A DNA stretch of 53,856 nt, counting the filler, from Streblomastix strix (lineage: Eukaryota): the NCBI GenBank assembly GCA_008636045.1. It is 3 parts of 3 records of this genome, joined end to end, with 100 filler letters (N's around TTAATTAATTAA, not from the genome) between each part and the next. Parts side by side here need not be neighbours in the genome. Positions count along the whole stretch, not along the records: positions 35,993 to 53,856 come from SNRW01000663.1; 2 more parts are not named here. The stretch is one strand, 5' to 3'. This document shows positions 51,101 to 53,856 of this stretch, in pieces; the first letter of the stretch is position 1; each line of letters opens with the position of its first letter. The notes under the pieces are model-generated. The model was not told where the DNA came from, did no database searches, and worked only from the letters and a program-made list of their open reading frames with translations. Made by a program: the position numbers and the translations under genes.

Positions 51101-53856
51101 TTATTTTGATAATTTATCATCAACACCATTTCCAATAACTTCAACTCAAACTTAATTTCCATCATATAAATTTAAGGATTTAGAATAAGATATTGAAGAT
51201 GAATACATACCTGAAGAAGAGGATGAAGTACATCCAATCATTGCTTCAAAGAGAAAAACTATTGTTGGAAATTCATCATTTATAGCTAATAGATATTCAA
51301 TGTACACATTAAGGAATATATTAAGAGATAATGTTGGAGGAATGGAAACAATAAATAATGAATTAATATTATTAAAGGAATAATATGAAGAATAATAAAG
51401 ATTAATGAAAGAGCAAATGACTTAATCTTAATTACAATCTAGTTAATAAGGGAAAGAGAAGGAATAAGAGAAAGAAAAATAATTAGAGAAAGAAAAATAA
51501 TTAGAGAAAGAAAAATAATTAGAGAAAGAAAAATAAATTGAAAAAGAAAAATAAATTGAAAAAGAAAGTTAGATTGAAAAAGAGAAACAAATGGATAAAT
51601 AAAAATAAATAGAGAAAGAAAAAGAGAAAAATAAGACAGTTATCCTTGATCCATAATAAGAATAAACTGAAAGAACAACATTTTAACTTCTTATTGATAC
51701 AATATCTGAAATTAAAAAAATATATGATATTGCTGAACTTGATAAATAATAAAGAAATAAATAAGAAAATGGAGAATTGGGAAAAGAATAAGAAGAAGGA
51801 ATTAATGATAAAGAAAAAGGTATATAGGGAGATAATATAATAGAAAATGATAAGAAAGATATTGATGAGAAAAATAATTAAGATGATCTTTAACAATAAT
51901 TAATGAAAATAAAATAATAGAATCCTAATTAAATAATAAATGAAGAATGGGTTCTTGATCAATCAACTTAAACAATTAACGATGCAAATAAGGTACTATT
52001 AGTTGTATGCAAGGATTAATATGATTTTGAAAAAAGTGAAGAAGAAAGAGAATTAGAAGAAGAAAGAAAAGAATAAGAATAATTATAGCAATAATAAGGA
52101 ATAGTGAAAGAGAAAGAAGAAGAATAAGAGAAACCATAATTATTAGTTTAGTAGGATATTGTATAGACAAAGCCAAAAGAAACTGAAAAGCAAACTTAAT
52201 AAAAAAGCAAAGAATAAAATAAAACAATCTAAAAAGAGAGCCAGAAACAGAAGAATATAATCATTTTCTCACTTTTCCCACAACTTCTCCAATCTCTTGT
52301 TGATTCATTATATGCTGATGAAGATGAATATGTTCATTAGTTTCAGTAAATATCCTAATCGTCTAATTCCTTGCCTTAATCTAATGCATCATCATCTTCT
52401 ATTCCTCCTTCTACTTTTTATTCTACTTCAGTTATTCCAAATTCACCATCACCATAATAATTATAATAATAAGCATCTTCATCATCTTCTTCTTCTTCAT
52501 CTTCATTATATTCTTCATCTCTACTTTAATCATCAAACACAACTCTATATCCATCATAACTTATATATCATACATTCCATGTTAGAGAGTAAGGAAGAGC
52601 TTGGGTGTTGGAAGATTGGCATTGTGATATGGATGAGCTATTACTCAATATTATGAAGATGTATCAATATTTATAATAATATCATTATATTAATAATCAA
52701 ATTGATTAATATTTGAAATAAACAAGAACTATAAGACAATTCTTCTTAAGAGGTCCTCATCCTTTACTATTGAGAAGAAGATCAACTAACTGTAATGCAT
52801 TTTACATATTATGCGATATAATTAATTCAATCCATAGCAGCACAAAGATGAAAAAAGAAGAAAAGAATACCAATGTCAATATTTAGAGCAATGAATAATA
52901 AAATGATACAATCCATCCTCTCATACTTTCACTCATTTCACAATATAAACTTCATATCCCACTTCTCTCTATTTTATTCATAGAAGCTCTTACAACAGCT
53001 GCAATATCTCCATTGGTCAGATTTAATTGCTAGATTTGTCTCCCCCATAAAGAGAAGTTTTATGCAGAAAAGAGGAAGTTGAGGAGAAAAGAGAGAAGAA
53101 AGAGAGAATAACTGAAAGCGAATATAAAAGAAGTATAATTAGAGCTGAAGATCGCAGAAGATGATGAGAAATGGGCAATAAAGGTTGAAAGAACTAAGAA
53201 TAGGAGGTTGATTAAGAAGAAAGAGAAGAAGGAAAGAATTGAAAGAAGGAAGTTGAATGCATAAAACACACAGATTGTGAAATTTGGGAATAATAATAAT
53301 GGGGAAGATAAGAAGTAGATTTCTTCTTCAATTAACAAATAATAGACAAACGAAGATGAAGATGAAGATGAAGACAATGATACATCAGTCAGCGTTTCAT
53401 CTACTTCTGTTCTATCACATCCAATTGAATATAGCGAAGAGAATGAAGATGATGAATAGTATAAGAATTCAGGTTAATCAAATGATAATTCATTAAATAT
53501 TACAAAAACAAGTACAATTGTTGATCCAGATGCTGACATTAAAGAATAGAGTGATTTTCTATACAATTATTCTTACTATGATTAAGATAATTGTGATCAA
53601 ACATTCTATGATAGAGATAAAGGAAGATATTAATTGAAGGAAATAGAACAATAATTAGAATATGATTCTGATATAGACAGAGATATTGATATTATTAGAG
53701 GTATATTACCTGGAGATAATCTGGATGGGGAGAGAAAAGTTGTTATTGAAAAGAAAGAAGAAAAAAGTCCATTAAAGGGAAAGAAGGACAAATAAAATAA
53801 AGGGAAGAAATCAAAAGTGAGAAAAGATGATAAAGAAGATAAAGATGATAAAGGAA
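42162..53856 (+). CDS. Giant (>3,700 codon) protein with dispersed ARM-like helices and long E/K/Q/S low-complexity inserts; 3' end truncated; one in-frame TGA at 43375-43377
   Basis: Read by hand as one TAR=Gln frame with introns 42232-42284, 42341-42402, 43618-43706, 48538-48610 and 48669-48721. ARM-like AADILWSLAFLCECRENHRLLLKYDIIPLIVELMGHPKRYIANGALYCVYMLS. Confidence 0.85.
51468..51575 (+). repeat. 18-bp coding tandem repeat (EKEKQL/I)
   Basis: gagaaagaaaaataatta x3 followed by variant copies. Confidence 0.85.

Noticed and set aside
657..53496. Most ORFs in the supplied track (hydrophobic F/L/I-rich, SLSLSL or poly-H peptides)
   Set aside because: They are antisense or off-frame shadows of E/K/Q/D-rich genes, or fragments produced by translating with the wrong code.

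Overview
AT-rich eukaryotic DNA that uses a non-standard nuclear code: TAA/TAG = Gln and TGA = stop. The supplied standard-code ORF track is therefore largely misleading. The code, short AT-rich GT-AG introns and gene families best fit an oxymonad such as Streblomastix (inference). The window joins three similar-sized contigs (1-17899, 18000-35892, 35993-53856) with artificial N44-TTAATTAATTAA-N44 linkers, so neighbourhood across a linker has no biological meaning. Retranslated by hand, it holds about 11 host genes: aldo-keto reductase, RRM+PAM2+Q/N/S-rich protein, GPI-type surface protein, SPRY-like protein, vWA-coiled-coil protein, FAM228-like protein, 7x ubiquitin-like protein, thioesterase, two members of an expanded helical family, and a >3,700-codon ARM-like giant. 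It also has pseudogene fragments (glutamine synthetase III, NEK-like kinase), a transposon graveyard (pogo, mariner, hAT, palindromic MITEs) and a Polinton/Maverick-like packaging ATPase gene pair. Most notable: two long, otherwise intact genes each carry one internal in-frame TGA in a Trp-compatible context. This hints at readthrough or dual meaning of the only remaining stop codon, but cryptic in-frame introns or sequence errors are not excluded.
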